64,000 bases of DNA from a virus (IMGVR_UViG_3300032898_000001:1-64000), one strand, 5' to 3'; counted from the first letter of the stretch, positions 27,170 to 36,463 are shown. Program-made: numbers and translations. Notes: a model not told the origin generated them from the letters alone.

Positions 27170-28993
27170 TCAACCTCCGAGCAGTCGTTTGAGGATCTCG
27201 CGGTCGCGGACGACCTCTTCGATCCGGTCTTCCTTACCCTGCAGGATCTCCGCTTTTCGTTCTTCCACCGTTCCGGGAGTCCGCTGCTCGATGATCTGCA
27301 CGAACTCGTGGATCTCACTGCCGATGCGATGGACCCGGTTCTCTCCCTGCTCGTTGACGAGCGGGCTGAAGTCCTTCTGCATGAACAAGAGGTGGTTGGC
27401 GCGGGTCAGGGTGATCCCCTCCGCGCCGGCCCCGAGCGTGAACAGGATCACGCGCTTCTTGCCCTGCTGGAACGCCTCGATGGCCTGGGCTCGCTCGAAC
27501 GGGGCCTGCGCCCCGGTGACCATGCCGTACGAGATCTTCTCCTTGTCGAGGCGCGCGGCCGCGAGCTCGAGCAGCTGGCGACTGACCGCAGTCACGGCCA
27601 GGGGCTCGTCCCCGAGCTCCTCGAGCAGGTCCACCAGGTCGTCGACCTTGCCGGACGGGGCCGTCAGCTCGATGATCGCGCTGCCGTCCTCCCGGCGCCC
27701 CGTGATCTCGGCACTGGCCGCGGCGAACTGAGACAGGCGAGTGAGCTGGCTCAACGGGTTGGGTGCGACCAGGAGCTCGTTCAGCATCGCGAGCAGGGTC
27801 GCCTCCATCTGCTTGTACGCCTTGGCTTGCTTCGGGGTGAGGGGTGTCTCACGGATCATCGGTGGCAGCTTCGGGGGCAGCTGCGGGAGCGACACCGCCT
27901 TCGGGATGCGGCGGTACAGCGGCTCGGTGACGGCCCGGAACTCGAGCTCGTTCTGGGCCTTGAGCCCGAGGATCTCCACGCCGCCCCAGAGCCCGAAGCT
28001 CTTCTCGGCGTACCGGTCCAGGTACTTGGTCTTGGCCGGGAACCACGTCGGCTCGATGGTGTGCAGGAGCCCGAACAGGTCCCCGACGTGGTTGTTGACC
28101 GGGGTGCCGGTGAGGACGTAGCGGAACTCGGCCTGGTGCGCGACGGCCCAGGCCGCGAGGACCTGCTGGCTCTGCGGGACGGTGTGAGTGGACCCGTCCT
28201 CCTCGGTGACCTGCTTGCTGCCGACGCTGCGCAGCCGGTGGGCCTCGTCGAGGATGACGGTTCGGGGACCGAGGGCGTTGAGTTCCTTGGGTTCCTTCTG
28301 TTTGTCGGTCAACCGCACCGACCCGTAGGGAGCCAGGCGAGAGTGAAGGCGCACCGAGTCCCAGTTGATGATCGTGACGTCCGCCGCGGCCGCCAGCTGC
28401 TTACGGCGCTGGCCGGCCGCACCGTCCACAACGGACACCGTTAGCTCCGGGGCCCACAGGGCGAGCTCTCGCTTCCAAACCGTGTGCTTGAGGCTGTTGG
28501 GACATATCACGACGGCCGGGTACGGGTCCTGCTTGAGCTTGGCCAGGAGCTGCAGGGTGCGAATGAGAGTGATCGTCTTGCCGGAACCCATCTCGTCGAA
28601 GATACCGGCGCGACGGTTCTCGTACAAGAACGCGACCGCGGCCCGCTGGAACGGGAGCAGGCGTCGCTCCCCGTCGGCCTCGATCTCGTCGATGAACGGG
28701 TCGAGCGCGTGGTACGGGTCGAGCTGGAGCGCCTCCCGCAGGTCGGTCACCGGCTCGATCCGCGACTGACGCTCGTTCCAGGCCCACTGCTTCAAGTTGT
28801 CGTGTAGGACCAGGTCGGGACCGAACACGCCGCGGAGCTGCAGGCACGCCGCCCAGGTAAGCGGTACCTTCCACAGGTTGTGGGTCTTGTCCCACCGGGA
28901 CCCCGGGACCTGGACCATGCGGTCCCGGTCGTTGTAGACGGTCTTGACCCCGATGAGGGGCTCGCCGATCGTGTAGATGGCCGCCTCAGCCAA
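27170..28993 (-). CDS. SNF2-family helicase
   Basis: DEMGSGKT, ILDEAH, LTGTP, GAEGITL, Q.ENRVHRIG. Confidence 0.9.
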   Translation of the reverse strand: MAEAAIYTIGEPLIGVKTVYNDRDRMVQVPGSRWDKTHNLWKVPLTWAACLQLRGVFGPDLVLHDNLKQWAWNERQSRIEPVTDLREALQLDPYHALDPFIDEIEADGERRLLPFQRAAVAFLYENRRAGIFDEMGSGKTITLIRTLQLLAKLKQDPYPAVVICPNSLKHTVWKRELALWAPELTVSVVDGAAGQRRKQLAAAADVTIINWDSVRLHSRLAPYGSVRLTDKQKEPKELNALGPRTVILDEAHRLRSVGSKQVTEEDGSTHTVPQSQQVLAAWAVAHQAEFRYVLTGTPVNNHVGDLFGLLHTIEPTWFPAKTKYLDRYAEKSFGLWGGVEILGLKAQNELEFRAVTEPLYRRIPKAVSLPQLPPKLPPMIRETPLTPKQAKAYKQMEATLLAMLNELLVAPNPLSQLTRLSQFAAASAEITGRREDGSAIIELTAPSGKVDDLVDLLEELGDEPLAVTAVSRQLLELAAARLDKEKISYGMVTGAQAPFERAQAIEAFQQGKKRVILFTLGAGAEGITLTRANHLLFMQKDFSPLVNEQGENRVHRIGSEIHEFVQIIEQRTPGTVEERKAEILQGKEDRIEEVVRDREILKRLLGG

Positions 28994-29447
28994 AGTCGGC
29001 CTCCAACCGGTCGATGATCTTCTGCTTCAGGTCGGCGGGAAGTCGGTCGTAGGTCAGGAGGTAGGAGAGGACATGGGCCGCGGCGTCGTTGGCGTGCACC
29101 TGGCCGCGCCGGTACCAGCCCACCACCTGCAGGGTACCGATGCCGACCTTCCTCGCCGAGGACGGCTTGGGTTTGATCAGTGAGTACGGGTGGTCGAACC
29201 GGATCTGCTCGAGCACCCCGATCATCTTGGTGGCGCTGCCGTCCTGCTTGACCGTGCTTCCCGGGAGAGTCAGGTACTTCTCCCAGCATACCGAGATCTG
29301 TGGGGAGCGCTTCGCGATTATCTTCTTCAGCTGGTCGCCGGCGATCAACCGCTGCCACTGTCCACTTTGGAACACGGTACCGTCCCACAGGGCCCACCCG
29401 GTGAAGGCACCGGGATCGACCCAGAGAACTGGTTGCTCTACAACCAT
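28986..29447 (-). CDS. RuvC-like Holliday junction resolvase
   Basis: VDPG.FTGWA, WE, HANDAAAH. Confidence 0.7.
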   Translation of the reverse strand: MVVEQPVLWVDPGAFTGWALWDGTVFQSGQWQRLIAGDQLKKIIAKRSPQISVCWEKYLTLPGSTVKQDGSATKMIGVLEQIRFDHPYSLIKPKPSSARKVGIGTLQVVGWYRRGQVHANDAAAHVLSYLLTYDRLPADLKQKIIDRLEADFG

Positions 29448-29486
29448 TTCTATTCCTACTCGTTCGGTCCTTATTGGACGATCATA

Positions 29487-31340
29487 TCACGTCTTCTTCC
29501 ACCGCTCGGTGAGAATCTTTCCCTCCCAAGGAATCGGGACCCGGTAGTGCGTGCAGTCGTTGAGCACCTGGGTCACGTCGTGCAGCACCGTCTCGGCGTC
29601 CTTGACGGGAGCCTCGAGAATGAGCTCGTCGTGCACGAGCAAGCGCAGCAGGTCACCGAACCCGGCCTGGTCGACCTCCACGGTGCCGACCTTCAGCACG
29701 TCCGCGGCCTCGGCCTGCAGGCGGTAGTTGATGAGAGCGAACTCGTGGCCCTCGTCCGCAGGCAGGTACCGGCCGTAGGACGTCCACTCGGCGGGGCGCT
29801 CCCCGCGGCGTTTCATGGCGTTGGCGTTGGCCAGGGTCGCGCGACTGCGGGTCTCGAGGCCCGGGAACCGCTCGTTGAACGCGTCGTGAATGACCTTGAC
29901 CTGGTCGACGGGCAGGCCGATGGACCGGGCCATGGTCGTGACGCTAGCCCCGTAGAGCTTGGCGTACGACATGGTCTTGACTGCCTGGCGGCGTGGGTCG
30001 CTCTTCGGGACGGGCTCCCCGAAGAGCTGGCCGGCGATCCCGGAGTAGAAGTCGACCCCGCCGTTGTCGGCCTCGTAGAACGCCTGGATCAGGCCCTCGT
30101 CCTCGGAGATCGCGGCAGCCAGGCGCATCTCGATCTGCGACGCGTCGATCGTGATCAGGGTGTGACCGGGCCGTGGGATGACGGCCCCGCGCACCACCTT
30201 GTCGTCCCGGTGCAGGGTCTGCCAGGCCGGGTCGGTGATGGACATGCGACCGGTCCGGGCCTGGATGGTGTTGATGCTGGCGTGCACGACGTCGTCCGGG
30301 TCGGCCAGGTCCAGGAACTTCTCGAGGTAGCTGCCGATGACCTTCTCGGCGTGGCGCGCGTCCGTGATCGTCTTAGCGAGCTGGCGGGCCTCCGGCGTGT
30401 TGCTCATGAGAGCCAGGCCCTCGAGCACCTCCTTGTCGATCTTCGGCAGGCCGGTCGGGGTCGTGTAGTGGACCTCGACCCCGCACCGCAGGAACGCCTG
30501 GTAGAGCTGCTTGGACGACAGCAGGCTCTTGATCCCGTAGTGCTCTTCCAGCCAGGGGCGGACCTGGCCGGTGTACTCTCGCAGCTTCGTGATCGCTCGG
30601 GAGATGTAGTCCCGGTCGATGAGAACGCCGGTGCTCGACATCTGGCCGCAGATCCGCGCGACCGCGAGCTCGATCTCGTAGATCTTCGGACTGGCCGCCT
30701 GCACGTGCGGGTAGAGCAGGTGGTGCAGGTGCGCCGTCAGGACCGGGTCCAGGGCCGAGTAGATCCAGTACGGCGGGAAGTTGTACGGGACCGTGGCCCA
30801 GGTCCAACCGTGCTGCTTCATGCCGTCGTGGAGCAGGGTCTCGCCGGCGGTCGCCTTCTTGTCGATGAGCCGGGCCGCGGCGGGCTTGAGCCCCTTCGGC
30901 CGGGTCGGGTCGACCAGGGCACACTGGATCATCGTGTCGTGGCCGTTGGCCCACGGGAGGTCGATGTCGGCGCGGTGCTTCAGGAACCCGTAGTCGAACT
31001 TGCGGTGGTGCGCGACCGTCGGTTCCCGGTAGTCCTTCAAGAGCTCCTGAGCCAGGCCGCCCCACAGCGGCCACGGGATCGCCCACCCCGTCTGCAGGTC
31101 CCCGATCTGGATGAGACGCAGGCCGTGGATGGCGTGCGTGAATCCCTCGGTCTCCGTGTCGAACGCGAGGACCTCGCGGCGCTCTCCGGCCCAGCGCTTG
31201 AGCTCGAGCGCGTCGTCCAGGCACTCCACGAGCTTCAGCTCCACGTGGTCCAGGGGGGACCCACTCGCTCGCGCCGGGGCGCGAGTCACTCGCTGCGGCT
31301 CGACGGCCGTTTCCGTGGTAGGAACCAGGTCAGCTCCCAT
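29487..31340 (-). CDS. polA: Family A DNA polymerase (3'-5' exonuclease + polymerase)
   Basis: FDTET, HDTM, TGRMS, DASQIEMR (A), RQAVKTMSYAKLYG (B), VHDEL (C). Confidence 0.92.
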   Translation of the reverse strand: MGADLVPTTETAVEPQRVTRAPARASGSPLDHVELKLVECLDDALELKRWAGERREVLAFDTETEGFTHAIHGLRLIQIGDLQTGWAIPWPLWGGLAQELLKDYREPTVAHHRKFDYGFLKHRADIDLPWANGHDTMIQCALVDPTRPKGLKPAAARLIDKKATAGETLLHDGMKQHGWTWATVPYNFPPYWIYSALDPVLTAHLHHLLYPHVQAASPKIYEIELAVARICGQMSSTGVLIDRDYISRAITKLREYTGQVRPWLEEHYGIKSLLSSKQLYQAFLRCGVEVHYTTPTGLPKIDKEVLEGLALMSNTPEARQLAKTITDARHAEKVIGSYLEKFLDLADPDDVVHASINTIQARTGRMSITDPAWQTLHRDDKVVRGAVIPRPGHTLITIDASQIEMRLAAAISEDEGLIQAFYEADNGGVDFYSGIAGQLFGEPVPKSDPRRQAVKTMSYAKLYGASVTTMARSIGLPVDQVKVIHDAFNERFPGLETRSRATLANANAMKRRGERPAEWTSYGRYLPADEGHEFALINYRLQAEAADVLKVGTVEVDQAGFGDLLRLLVHDELILEAPVKDAETVLHDVTQVLNDCTHYRVPIPWEGKILTERWKKT

Positions 31341-31857
31341 TCAGGGCCACCCTCACCGTCGTCAGGCCGCTGTCCTGCAGGAACTTCTCCACCTGGTCGG
31401 GGTGCCGGGGCGCGTCCGCGGCGGAGACGACGTGCACCACGCGGGTCAGCCCCGAGTTCGCGATGATCTTCGCGCAGTTGATGCACATCGCGGACGTGAC
31501 GTAGATCGTGCCGTCGGCGATGTCGTTGTAGTCGGCGCGGATGATGGCGTTGGCCTCGGCGTGCACGGCCGGGCAGCTGGAGTAGTCCGCAGATGAGGTC
31601 TCGGCCTGAGCCCGGGGGCACCAGTTCAGGCACGACCCCTCGACGCGCATGCCACTGGGCGGACCGTTGTAGCTGAAAGACGCGACCCGGTTGTCGTGGG
31701 TGACGATCACGGCTCCGACCTGGCGGCGGTCGCAGAGGCTGCGAAACGCGATGGCGCTGGCGGCGGACAGCCAGGTCTGGTCCCAGGTAGGCCGGTCGTC
31801 GGCTACGTCGTCATCAGGGAGAGCTTGGTGACGCCCTGCAGGTTCCACCGATGCCAC
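31330..31857 (-). CDS. dCMP deaminase-family protein
   Basis: RPTWD, RS.C.RRQVGAV, YNG, HAEANA, CINC; start uncertain (GTG 31857/31848). Confidence 0.85.
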   Translation of the reverse strand: MASVEPAGRHQALPDDDVADDRPTWDQTWLSAASAIAFRSLCDRRQVGAVIVTHDNRVASFSYNGPPSGMRVEGSCLNWCPRAQAETSSADYSSCPAVHAEANAIIRADYNDIADGTIYVTSAMCINCAKIIANSGLTRVVHVVSAADAPRHPDQVEKFLQDSGLTTVRVALNGS

Positions 31858-31973
31858 TGGTCGTCGGTTCCCACCTGGCGAGCGCTGAGGGAGGCCAGGC
31901 AGGCCCGCTCGTGAACCCGGTTCCACACGTACGCGATCAGCAGGGCCCAGACGTAGCTCAGGAACTGTTCCAT
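31803..31973 (-). CDS. 56-aa hydrophobic micro-ORF between TS homolog and deaminase
   Basis: TGATG-coupled to TS stop; MEQFLSYVWALLIAYVW... Confidence 0.4.
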   Translation of the reverse strand: MEQFLSYVWALLIAYVWNRVHERACLASLSARQVGTDDQWHRWNLQGVTKLSLMTT

Positions 31974-32905
31974 CACTCATTCGCATCCTTACACTCGTTG
32001 CAGGGAAGAGGAACGACGTACCGGCACCTCAGGCAGAGACCGTACCCCAAAGGGTGGGCCGGCAGCCGGTCGAGGACCCACTTCTGAGGCTCTTCAAAGA
32101 TGGTGTCGAGATCCGCGGTCTGCCGGGTCACGACCGCCTCGGCCCACTTCTGCCGCGCGATCCACTGGTTCGGGTAGCCGTGGGTCGGCAACGGGGCCGG
32201 GATCCCGTTCGACACGAGCGGGCTGCCCCACCGCGTGGTCAGGCCCTCCTCCACGGTCCTCAGGGCGTCGGCGTACTGCGGCTCGTAGAGGTGCAGGGAC
32301 CCGACGGTGTGGGTGTAGTGGCCCGGGAACACGCCGAGCGCCGCGGCCATGGTCCGGTGCAGCAACGAGAACTGCATGATGTCGATCGGGAACCCGAGCC
32401 AGGCGTCGTTGCTGCGCATCGTGACCCGGAGGTGCAGGAACGAGTCCCGGAGAAAGAACTGGAACCCGGTGGTGCACGGGACGTCGTGGCTGGCCTCGTT
32501 GTGCTCACTACCGTCCCAGACGCTGACGTAGGCCTGGCGCGTGGCCGGGTCCTCCCGGAGCTTCTGGAACGCGGCGATGAACTGGCCGAAGACCCGCGGG
32601 CCGTACGCACCGCGAAGCCGGCCGCGGTCCGTGTACGGCATGAACCGGTTGCCGCTGACCTCGTTCAGCTGCCACACCGAGCTCACGCCGGCGAGCAGCT
32701 GGTACCCCTCCACGGTCGCGATCTTCAGGTTGGGATGCCGCAGCGTGTCCAGGACGTGAACGCGCTGCGGGTTCTCGATGCGGACCGTGACGTCCCGGAG
32801 CTCCCGGGTGGGCTTACCGCGAGGCGCTTCCTCGGGGGCCTGCAGGAGCTCGTCCAGCAGGTCCAGGTAGAGCTCCGAGCCGGTTTCCGCGCTCAAGTGA
32901 AGCAA
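31973..32905 (-). CDS. Thymidylate synthase homolog, dCMP hydroxymethylase/methylase type
   Basis: AYGPR, TRQA, DVPCT, MRSNDAWLGFPIDI (Asp at the TS Asn177 position), SLHLY. Confidence 0.85.
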   Translation of the reverse strand: MLHLSAETGSELYLDLLDELLQAPEEAPRGKPTRELRDVTVRIENPQRVHVLDTLRHPNLKIATVEGYQLLAGVSSVWQLNEVSGNRFMPYTDRGRLRGAYGPRVFGQFIAAFQKLREDPATRQAYVSVWDGSEHNEASHDVPCTTGFQFFLRDSFLHLRVTMRSNDAWLGFPIDIMQFSLLHRTMAAALGVFPGHYTHTVGSLHLYEPQYADALRTVEEGLTTRWGSPLVSNGIPAPLPTHGYPNQWIARQKWAEAVVTRQTADLDTIFEEPQKWVLDRLPAHPLGYGLCLRCRYVVPLPCNECKDANE

Positions 32906-33875
32906 GTGCTACCGCCTTCTTGATCTGGGTCACGTACCCGTCGAAGTCGTGGTGCTTGAATCGCCTAGCGTATTGAGGATGTGAAATTTTTTCGTGAGGG
33001 ATCTCGGCCGCGGTCAGGCGCCTGCTGGCCAGGTTGCCGAGAGCGATCACGGCGGGCTGGCCGAGGCCCTGGTAGAGGTGCGGCAGGTCCACGCCGGGCT
33101 CCAAGGAGTTGATGATCCCAACCTCGTTGTGCAGCCTGGCCGCGCGGATCGCTCGCAGCAGCCAGGTCGACGCGTCGTACGGGTAGACCGGGGTGAACGG
33201 CCGCCGCAGGTCGTCCCGGGGCTTCTTGCCGCCGGGGCCGCGTTCATCTCCCACGAGCAGGACGGTCGGGCTCGGTTCCCCGATGTAGGTCCGGGCCCCC
33301 GAGATCTGAAGGCGATTCGCGCGCAGGATGTCGTCGCTGCTCGAATTCATGATCCAGTCGGGGATCTCGTCGAGGACCTTCCGGCCGTCGTACACAATCA
33401 GGTCGTTGGCCTGGGCGTAGCCCGTGTACCACGCGTGCAGGACGGGCAGGTAGTCGGCCTTGACCAGGTCGTCGCCGCGTTCCTCGTACCGTGCCTGAAG
33501 CACCTCGAGGGGCGGCAGGCAGACGACGTGGTAGGCGTTGAGCGCGGCCAGGGACAGCTCCACGTGCAGGAGGCCCTCGGTGGTGAGGCGAGAGTGGCCC
33601 CGGAGAAGGGGCCCGTAGGCCCCCTCTCCGGCGTGCCAGCGGTCCAGGATGACCAGGTTGATCGGGCTGAGGATGACGTCGAGCAGGTCGGGGTCGTCGA
33701 GCGCGGTCTCGTACTCCGTGAACGGGCACGTGTCCGGCTGCGGCGGTCCCTTGTGCAGTACCAGGACCTCGGGCTCAAAGCCGAGAGGCGCGTGGTACTC
33801 GATCCAGCGGTCACGCAGGGTCGCGGCCAGGGTCGACTTGCCGGCCAAGTCGGGGCCCTCGATGCAGAACAACAA
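32814..33875 (-). CDS. dNMP (thymidylate-like) kinase fused to a uracil-DNA-glycosylase-like domain
   Basis: IEGPDLAGKST, LDRWH..E..YG; C-terminal LLVGD..PF..N..VIALGN.A..HPQY. Confidence 0.75.
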   Translation of the reverse strand: MLFCIEGPDLAGKSTLAATLRDRWIEYHAPLGFEPEVLVLHKGPPQPDTCPFTEYETALDDPDLLDVILSPINLVILDRWHAGEGAYGPLLRGHSRLTTEGLLHVELSLAALNAYHVVCLPPLEVLQARYEERGDDLVKADYLPVLHAWYTGYAQANDLIVYDGRKVLDEIPDWIMNSSSDDILRANRLQISGARTYIGEPSPTVLLVGDERGPGGKKPRDDLRRPFTPVYPYDASTWLLRAIRAARLHNEVGIINSLEPGVDLPHLYQGLGQPAVIALGNLASRRLTAAEIPHEKISHPQYARRFKHHDFDGYVTQIKKAVALASLERGNRLGALPGPAGRAPAGPRGSASR

Positions 33876-33909
33876 CTCGATTCTCCTCAGCTCTCGTTCC
33901 TTCTCGACC

Positions 33910-34656
33910 CTACAGCTGCACGAGGCGGTAAACCACGTTCTCGTCGTTGCGAACGAGGATGTCCCCGTTCTGAGCGACGCCGATCTCCTCGTAGAGGTGA
34001 GAGCCCAGCTTGGTCGACTTCACGGCGACCTGGCCGGCCACGACGGTTGAGAGAGACGGGGCGGTGGTCACCACGGGACGCGGCGGGGCGGGCGGTGCCT
34101 GAACCGGGTGCCGCTCGTCCTCGACGTACGCGTTGACTTCCGCCTCCCGGGCCGCGATCTTGTCGGGATCGGCGAGAAGCGGTCGAAGTGAGGCCGGTAC
34201 CTCCACGACGGGCGCGGCGACGCTCTCGACCTGCTCCGCGGTTGGGACGTAGATGTACACGCCCTGCAGCGGGGAGTTGATCGTGAAGCCCTTCTTCCGC
34301 ATCTGGTAGACCACGGTCGAGATCTGCGGCTGGGTGAAGCCGAGCTTGCCGGTGATCTCGTCACTGGTCAGCTCCACGTACGGGTTGGAGCGGATGAAGT
34401 CCTCGAATCGCCGCTGCTGCGTGACCTGAGCGGTTCCCGCCGTGAGGGACACGCTCGGCCGGTAGACCGCGACGCCGTGGTGAGGCCGCGCGATGTCGTA
34501 ACCGTTGGCCTTGAGGGTGCTGACCGACCCCGACACGGACTTGACGTCGACGTGCAGAGCGGCCGCGATGTCGTCGATGTCGACGTTCTGGTTTGGGTAC
34601 TGCTTGAGGTACGCCAGGACCTGACGAGACAACCCGCGGTTTGCTTGAGATGCCAT
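33910..34656 (-). CDS. Tandem winged-HTH DNA-binding protein
   Basis: Two similar units: YL..YPN..V..DDIA..L..V..L...G..I..P..GV..Y. Confidence 0.6.
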   Translation of the reverse strand: MASQANRGLSRQVLAYLKQYPNQNVDIDDIAAALHVDVKSVSGSVSTLKANGYDIARPHHGVAVYRPSVSLTAGTAQVTQQRRFEDFIRSNPYVELTSDEITGKLGFTQPQISTVVYQMRKKGFTINSPLQGVYIYVPTAEQVESVAAPVVEVPASLRPLLADPDKIAAREAEVNAYVEDERHPVQAPPAPPRPVVTTAPSLSTVVAGQVAVKSTKLGSHLYEEIGVAQNGDILVRNDENVVYRLVQL

Positions 34657-34710
34657 GCGCTGATCTCTCTTTCCGTGAATTCCGAATTCCTGTTCCGGGG
34701 TGTTGCGGTC

Positions 34711-34742
34711 ACCGTATCAAATGGACGGTGACTTGTAAACAA
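34711..34742 (-). promoter_or_regulatory. Conserved promoter heading the replication/modification operon
   Basis: TTG-TTTACA-N17-TACGGT. Confidence 0.75.
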
Positions 34743-34749
34743 CGAGCTT

Positions 34750-35253
34750 TCAGAGCCGTTCCACGCCGCTCAGCAGGGCGTCGATGTCCCGGTCACACTG
34801 CCGAGCGGCCGCGAGCAGGCGCATCGCGGGGTTGCTGAACGGCCGGCTGGTCGCCCGGGACCCGGTCGACCGCAGCGCGACCAGGACGGCCGGGGCGTCG
34901 GCACAGACGTGGGCGCTGTGACGGTCGTCCTCGTAGTCGAAGGTCACGTCGTCGGGCAGGTCCCGACCGGGACGGCAGACCTGGCACGGCTCCGCGTCGT
35001 CGGGGATCTCCACGGCGGCGGTCGCGGTGCCCGAGTTGCACGGCCCGTCGTGCACGTGGTAGACCACGGAGCGGCCCACGACGTGAAGCACGTAGCGCCC
35101 GGTCCCGTCAGTCAGGTGGTAGAGCTCCATCTCGGTCCAGCGCGGTGAGTCCGGGACCTCGGTCGTGACGTCGGCCAGGAGCTCTCCCTCGAACTCGAGC
35201 ACCTTGTCCACGTCCGGGACCCGCACCAGTCGCGCGATGTCTTGATCTTCCAT
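34750..35253 (-). CDS. Hypothetical protein
   Basis: GAGGG RBS; FEGELL..RWTE..LY..GRYVL..VGRS motif. Confidence 0.65.
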   Translation of the reverse strand: MEDQDIARLVRVPDVDKVLEFEGELLADVTTEVPDSPRWTEMELYHLTDGTGRYVLHVVGRSVVYHVHDGPCNSGTATAAVEIPDDAEPCQVCRPGRDLPDDVTFDYEDDRHSAHVCADAPAVLVALRSTGSRATSRPFSNPAMRLLAAARQCDRDIDALLSGVERL

Positions 35254-35322
35254 GTTTCCCTCTCCACTCGTTCCTGGCCGGTATCTTAACCGCCTCGTCC
35301 CACCGATTGACACAGCCGCCTC

Positions 35323-35354
35323 GTGTTTACATCTTCACGGCGAGGTGGTAGGGT
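35323..35354 (+). promoter_or_regulatory. Conserved promoter for rightward operon
   Basis: GTG-TTTACA-N17-TAGGGT. Confidence 0.75.
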
Positions 35355-35381
35355 CAGGTCACCGGAACGAGGGAGGAACGA

Positions 35382-35714
35382 GTGACCGAGACCCGGGTCG
35401 CCACGACGGCCGACCTGAAGACCATCTACCACCACGAGGTGGAAAACCGCCTCAGTCGCCGGCTCAACACCTGGATGATCGAGCACCTCGATCCCGACGG
35501 CTCACACGTGCTCATCGCGCGAGAGCCGTACGCCCGTCAGGCGGCCTTCTCGCTCGTGGAGCACTACCGGGCCGAGGTCCTGATGAAGTACGCGGGAGAG
35601 AGCGACCCGTTCATCGCCTTCATCGACGTCCCGGTCGTGGACTGGGAGGCGCTGCGGACCTTCACGGAGCTCCTGACCGTGAGGCGACGCAACGAGGACG
35701 GTGACACGGACTGA
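35382..35714 (+). CDS. Hypothetical protein
   Basis: GGAGG RBS, good codon bias. Confidence 0.6.
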   Translation: MTETRVATTADLKTIYHHEVENRLSRRLNTWMIEHLDPDGSHVLIAREPYARQAAFSLVEHYRAEVLMKYAGESDPFIAFIDVPVVDWEALRTFTELLTVRRRNEDGDTD

Positions 35715-35752
35715 TCGGTTAGACCGAACCAGGAACAGGAAACGGAAGAGAC

Positions 35753-36034
35753 ATGTGGTTCACGATCAAGTTTGACATCGGCAAGAAGAGCGACATCCCC
35801 GTTGAGATCGAGGCCGACACCGAGGCCGAGGCCATCGCGGAATTCAAGGCGTTCTTGCTCAACCTCGACGAGAACGGGAACGAGCCCCGCGGCTGGGACG
35901 GCTGGATCGACGACTTCAAGATCTCGGTCGACGGGGAGGATATGCACCCGATCGTGTTCCAGCCGAAGTGGGTCAGCAGCTTCGAGATCTTCGAGGGTCG
36001 CAGCCAGAACTACGGTTGGAAGTACGGAAGGTAG
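35753..36034 (+). CDS. Hypothetical acidic protein
   Basis: RBS, codon bias. Confidence 0.6.
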   Translation: MWFTIKFDIGKKSDIPVEIEADTEAEAIAEFKAFLLNLDENGNEPRGWDGWIDDFKISVDGEDMHPIVFQPKWVSSFEIFEGRSQNYGWKYGR

Positions 36035-36044
36035 GGACAGCGAC

Positions 36045-36227
36045 GTGGCGGACGACAAGTTTCGCGTCCGAAAGCAGGACAAGGCCGTGTTCAAGGCGGC
36101 CAAGAAGTGGGCCAAGCAGCAGCGCCGGGCCCAGAGCAAGGCGGCCGGGAAGGGCTGCGCCGTGGTCCTGATCGGGGCCGCGGGAGCCGTCGCGGCAGGG
36201 ATCGCCGCGTGGAAGGGGATCGCGTAG
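36045..36227 (+). CDS. Basic KxGC-TM micro-protein, copy 1
   Basis: K/R-rich N-terminus, GKGC, TM, ends KGIA. Confidence 0.75.
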   Translation: MADDKFRVRKQDKAVFKAAKKWAKQQRRAQSKAAGKGCAVVLIGAAGAVAAGIAAWKGIA

Positions 36228-36463
36228 TGGCACGAAAGGTCGGGGGACCGAACGACAAGGGCATGAAGAAGGTCATCAAGCGAGATCGCAAGCTCGCCGA
36301 CGACCACTACCGGCGAGCGCGGTACAACCACCAGAGCCCGCGCACGGGCAAGTACCGGCGAGAACCCAAGAAGCAGGGCTGCATCACCATGACCGCGTTG
36401 CTGGTTCTCGCCGCCGGTAGCGGGGTCACGGCAGTCATCTTGACAGTGAGAGGTATCGCGTGA
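36227..36463 (+). CDS. Basic KxGC-TM micro-protein, copy 2
   Basis: YRRA..N.QSP.TG, KKQGC, TM, ends RGIA; TAGTG coupling. Confidence 0.8.
   Translation: MARKVGGPNDKGMKKVIKRDRKLADDHYRRARYNHQSPRTGKYRREPKKQGCITMTALLVLAAGSGVTAVILTVRGIA

Noticed and set aside
26198-31466. Long + strand ORFs (26198-28444, 29190-31466) and similar ones (1232-2590, 43370-45346)
   Set aside because: Antisense shadows of high-GC3 genes; Arg/Gly/Val-rich with no motifs
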